Notes under the pieces: generated by a model | Database searches by the model: none | Told to the model about the DNA's origin: nothing | Seen by the model: only the letters and a program-made list of their open reading frames with translations | Assembly (NCBI GenBank): GCA_030324005.1 | Contig: JARDVH010000042.1 | Span: forward strand, 108,506,412-108,570,411 | DNA: 64,000 bases | Reading direction: 5' to 3' | Source: Negaprion brevirostris | Taxonomy: Eukaryota | Shown: piece by piece, positions 60,820-64,000 of the stretch | Position numbering within the stretch: position 1 is the stretch's first letter | How the letters are laid out: each line of letters begins with the position of its first letter | Translations under genes and position numbers: made by a program

Positions 60820-62250
60820 CAACAATGCCACTTGGTGTCAATGACCAGCCCCCATCAGCTACATTGGGAGATAGATTGGCATCTAAATAATGAAGGATAC
60901 GCAATATTTAAGATGGAAAGAAAAGGAAGGAGGGCAGGTGGTGTAGCTATACTTGTTAAAGGTAACATAATAGTAGTAGCCAAAAAAAGATGTAACTGGC
61001 TGGAATGTAGATACAGAATTCACGGTGATTGTAATGAAAGAAGGAATCCATTACTCTAATAGGGGAATGGAGTAGATGGCCAAATAGTGGAAGGGAACCT
61101 GAGAAAAGGACTAAACGGCAGGCATAGAATAATACTCATGGGATATTTCAACTATAGACAATAAACTGTCTTGAAAAATGTGCAACAGGTGAACTCGTAG
61201 GTCATGACAGAGGAACTGCAAAAGTAATACATAGATACTTCATCTCAATTTTTAATTGAAGAAGTCAACCAAACAGACACTGGGTGCTAGGGAAATTTCC
61301 ACCTATCATTTTAGTGGTTGGGAAAGCTAGATGGGGTGAAGAATTCAGCCAGTGTATCAAAACAACATTTACACTGACGGGATTTCCCATTGAGATAGCG
61401 ACTGCATCGACAAAAATTTAATGAGATTCCTGCCATGACAGATGGTTAACACCATCCCATACATTTGATTGTCATTAGTGGATCTCCCTGCATTATTATC
61501 CCCCCACATGAGGATTCCTCCTTGGTCGCAGGCTTGCTGCCACACTGGTGGGATTTGTAACAGGCCCTGATGACCAAGGATCTGATGAACATTCTCCACC
61601 AGGACGTACACACAAGCCTGGGAGGGAGGGTCATGCTTGGGCAGAACCCTGGCAGTGCTCGGGACACTACTGAGGTGGAGGGGGTTCCGTGTCTGTGAAG
61701 GGAGTTCCTTTTTTTCAAATTTTCCTCTCAGGAGCTGAGCCCATCCTGCTAGAATGACATTGCGGGACCAGTACCTTAACTATTATTTTTCTAAGTGTTT
61801 GAAAATGCAGCAGGAAAAGGCAGCTGGCAGGCTGCTCTCCACTTTTCCCAGAAAAAAAAATTCCACTCTAGAAGATGGGTTGAAAATGCATTTGAGACAA
61901 AAGGAGAGAAAATAACTGACAAATTCACAAAACAAAAGTGGAAAGAATGTAGAGCTAGATGATATGCACCTAAATATGTTTGAAGAAATTAGGAAGGAGA
62001 TGGCAGAAGCACGACTTTATGTTCCATTGCAGAGAGGATAATAACAGACAACTGGGGACAACTAATGTTCCAATATGCAAAATGGAATATAGAACACTGG
62101 GAATTGTTGATTAGTCAATTTAATGTCAGTGGGAGGAATGATGCTTATACCATACTAAAATGAGTCATAGTAGAGCACCTGGAGACAGAAAATATACTTA
62201 CAAATAATTAGCATGGTTTCCAGAAGGCTAAGTTATGCTCCTCTTTGAAG
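60820..62250 (+). mobile_element. Old fragmented CR1 (endonuclease and RT remnants) with internal insertions
   Basis: GYAIFKMERKGRRAGGVAILVK and ILMGYFNY endonuclease-like pieces; DDMHLNMFEE, WGTTNVP and HGFQK RT-like pieces. Confidence 0.6.
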
Positions 62251-62689
62251 AGGTGGCATTGGAGTGTGAGGGAGCATGGGGCAGGTGGGATACAAGTTGG
62301 CATGGAGGGGGCATGGGTGGCTGCTGAGGGGTTGTGAGAGTTGAGGGATATCAGACTGAACATATTCTCCCTTCATCTCAGAGGACTAAGGTGGGACTAC
62401 TGACTAAGACCATCTGGACACTCTGAGAGCAACAGGCCAATCAGAAGCCAGTAGCTCTCCAGTACTGGCAGCATCACCAGAAGCAGAGGCCACTGCCGGT
62501 GCTGCATAGGCCCAGGCTAAAGATTGTTACTGAAGCTCTGTAGGAAAGGCAGCTGAGCTGGGATTGCCAGAGCAGTCAGTGAAGTGANNNNNNNNNNNNN
62601 NNNNNNNNNNNNNNNNNNNNNNNNNNNNNNNNNNNNNNNNNNNNNNNNNNNNNNNNNNNNNNNNNNNNNNNNNNNNNNNNNNNNNNNCA

Positions 62690-62765
62690 AACCCCGAAAG
62701 CTTGTGAGTTTACTATCAAATAAATTGGTTGGACTTAAACCTGGTGTTGTCAGACTTCTTACTGG
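62690..62765 (+). repeat. Terminal fragment of an interspersed repeat (Penelope-like end)
   Basis: CCGAAAGCTTGTGA...AAATAAATTGGTTGGACTTAAACCTGGTGTTGTCAGACTTCTTACTG. The CTGGTGTTGTCAGACTTCTTACTG motif also occurs at about 45411-45434. Confidence 0.45.
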
Positions 62766-64000
62766 TCTTCCATTGGAACAGGCTGTCCAAATGGAACACC
62801 GCCACCACCTGGCTGCAGGCACACCCCCCAGGGTTTACCTGACAGATTGTCATATGATGTACTCCTGCCCACCAACAGCAGAATGAGGCCCTTAAGTGGC
62901 CACTTAAGGACCTTGGCAAGAGACTCTTTTGTTTCCACAAAAGACTGGTCCAGCTCTATTTATGAAATTTCAGTACAGGATAAAGAATGCAGCTTCTTCA
63001 AATCGGATATTACGCCCTGCTTAACGGATCAATGCAGGGGGGAAGGGTTAGCTCCTGTTGTGCGTGGATTTATAATCGTCATATTCCAGCCCAAACAAAA
63101 CTCTGATTTATAGCATTACATGTTAAAAGTTGCCTTTTAGTTTGTGTAGACTTACAGTTCCATTAAGAAAAACCAATGAAGGCAGTTAGGAAATGGAATT
63201 CCTGTCCTTGATCCTTATTACCAAAAAAGTAATTGTGAGTACATACTGGACAATTGTGTTTTGTACTCCCGCCAACATTCTTATCAACCACAGGAATTCA
63301 ATCCCTGAAGCGTCCCCTCTACAACCTGAACTCATTGTACTTCCATAATGTTGGCATTTCAATCAAATATTTTTGCTCTCCTGTTGAATCATCTTTAACC
63401 TGGAGGGAGATGTTATATTGCTTGGACATTTTCCTTTTCCCTGCTAAATACAAGAAAGTAAGGATATTCCTCCAAAGCAATACTTCCATTCATTGTGAAT
63501 ACCATTTTCATTACTTTTGGCTTTGTACCAAGCCTGCGTTCCCTGGTAACTTATAAATATCCTTTCTGAATGATTCAGTACTCAGTATTCACTGTGCAAA
63601 GTAACAGTCTGCTCAGTACATTTAACTGAGCTTCAAGCTCTGACTCCAGTTGAATTTGGCTTGTGCTTTAACGGTTTATGGTAATGTCTTTAAATTCTCC
63701 TCTCTTCCCCCTTCAAACAAAGCAATAACCAATTGATTGCTGTCATGGTTTTAAATGTTCCCTTCATTTCCTTTTTCCTAACGAGACCAGATTGAGTTCT
63801 TTTAATCTCTTTACAATTTTATGAACTAAGGCCGAGAATTGTCCTTGATTTCTTTTGAATTCTTTTTACTGCCACTGTCATTTTATGTGTGCAGTGATCA
63901 CAATCAGTTACAATACAATCTCGCTTGACTGACATTTTTATGCACTGCTAGTGTCATTTCCTCAGAATCAAGGCATTTTTACATTACAGCTCCTTGTAGT

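Noticed and set aside
55658-64000. Search for the next PTPRD exon (ILYDDGK...-like) here, and for the FN1-2 exon in 1-22647
   Set aside because: No matching translation found. These exons probably lie outside the window or in gaps.

Overview
This is eukaryotic, TE-rich intronic DNA from a gappy, probably short-read assembly. It is most likely from a shark or other elasmobranch, judged by the HE1/V-SINE-like SINEs and CR1-type LINEs. The window holds the middle of one large plus-strand gene, the LAR-family receptor tyrosine phosphatase PTPRD. Eight coding exons were delimited by hand with GT-AG boundaries and consistent phases: 22648-22781, 27012-27156, 30533-30838, 31772-31965, the 27-nt mini-exon meC at 41208-41234, 43501-43618, 54600-55187 and 55560-55657. 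They encode fibronectin-III repeats 3 to the start of 8; both gene ends lie outside the window. The rest is SINEs of at least three types, decayed CR1/L2 LINEs, MITE-like elements, a Gypsy relic and a 26-bp minisatellite. The most interesting signal is a pair of complementary intronic segments 28 kb apart (27220-27252 and 55208-55242). They could base-pair and loop out exactly the in-frame FN4-FN7 cassette (1233 nt) that separates long from short LAR-family isoforms. Other splicing-regulatory features surround it: RBFOX and QKI motifs, a perfect 17-bp inverted repeat, a 100-nt AG-exclusion zone and a NAGNAG acceptor. Protein and repeat family assignments are from recalled sequences, not database searches.
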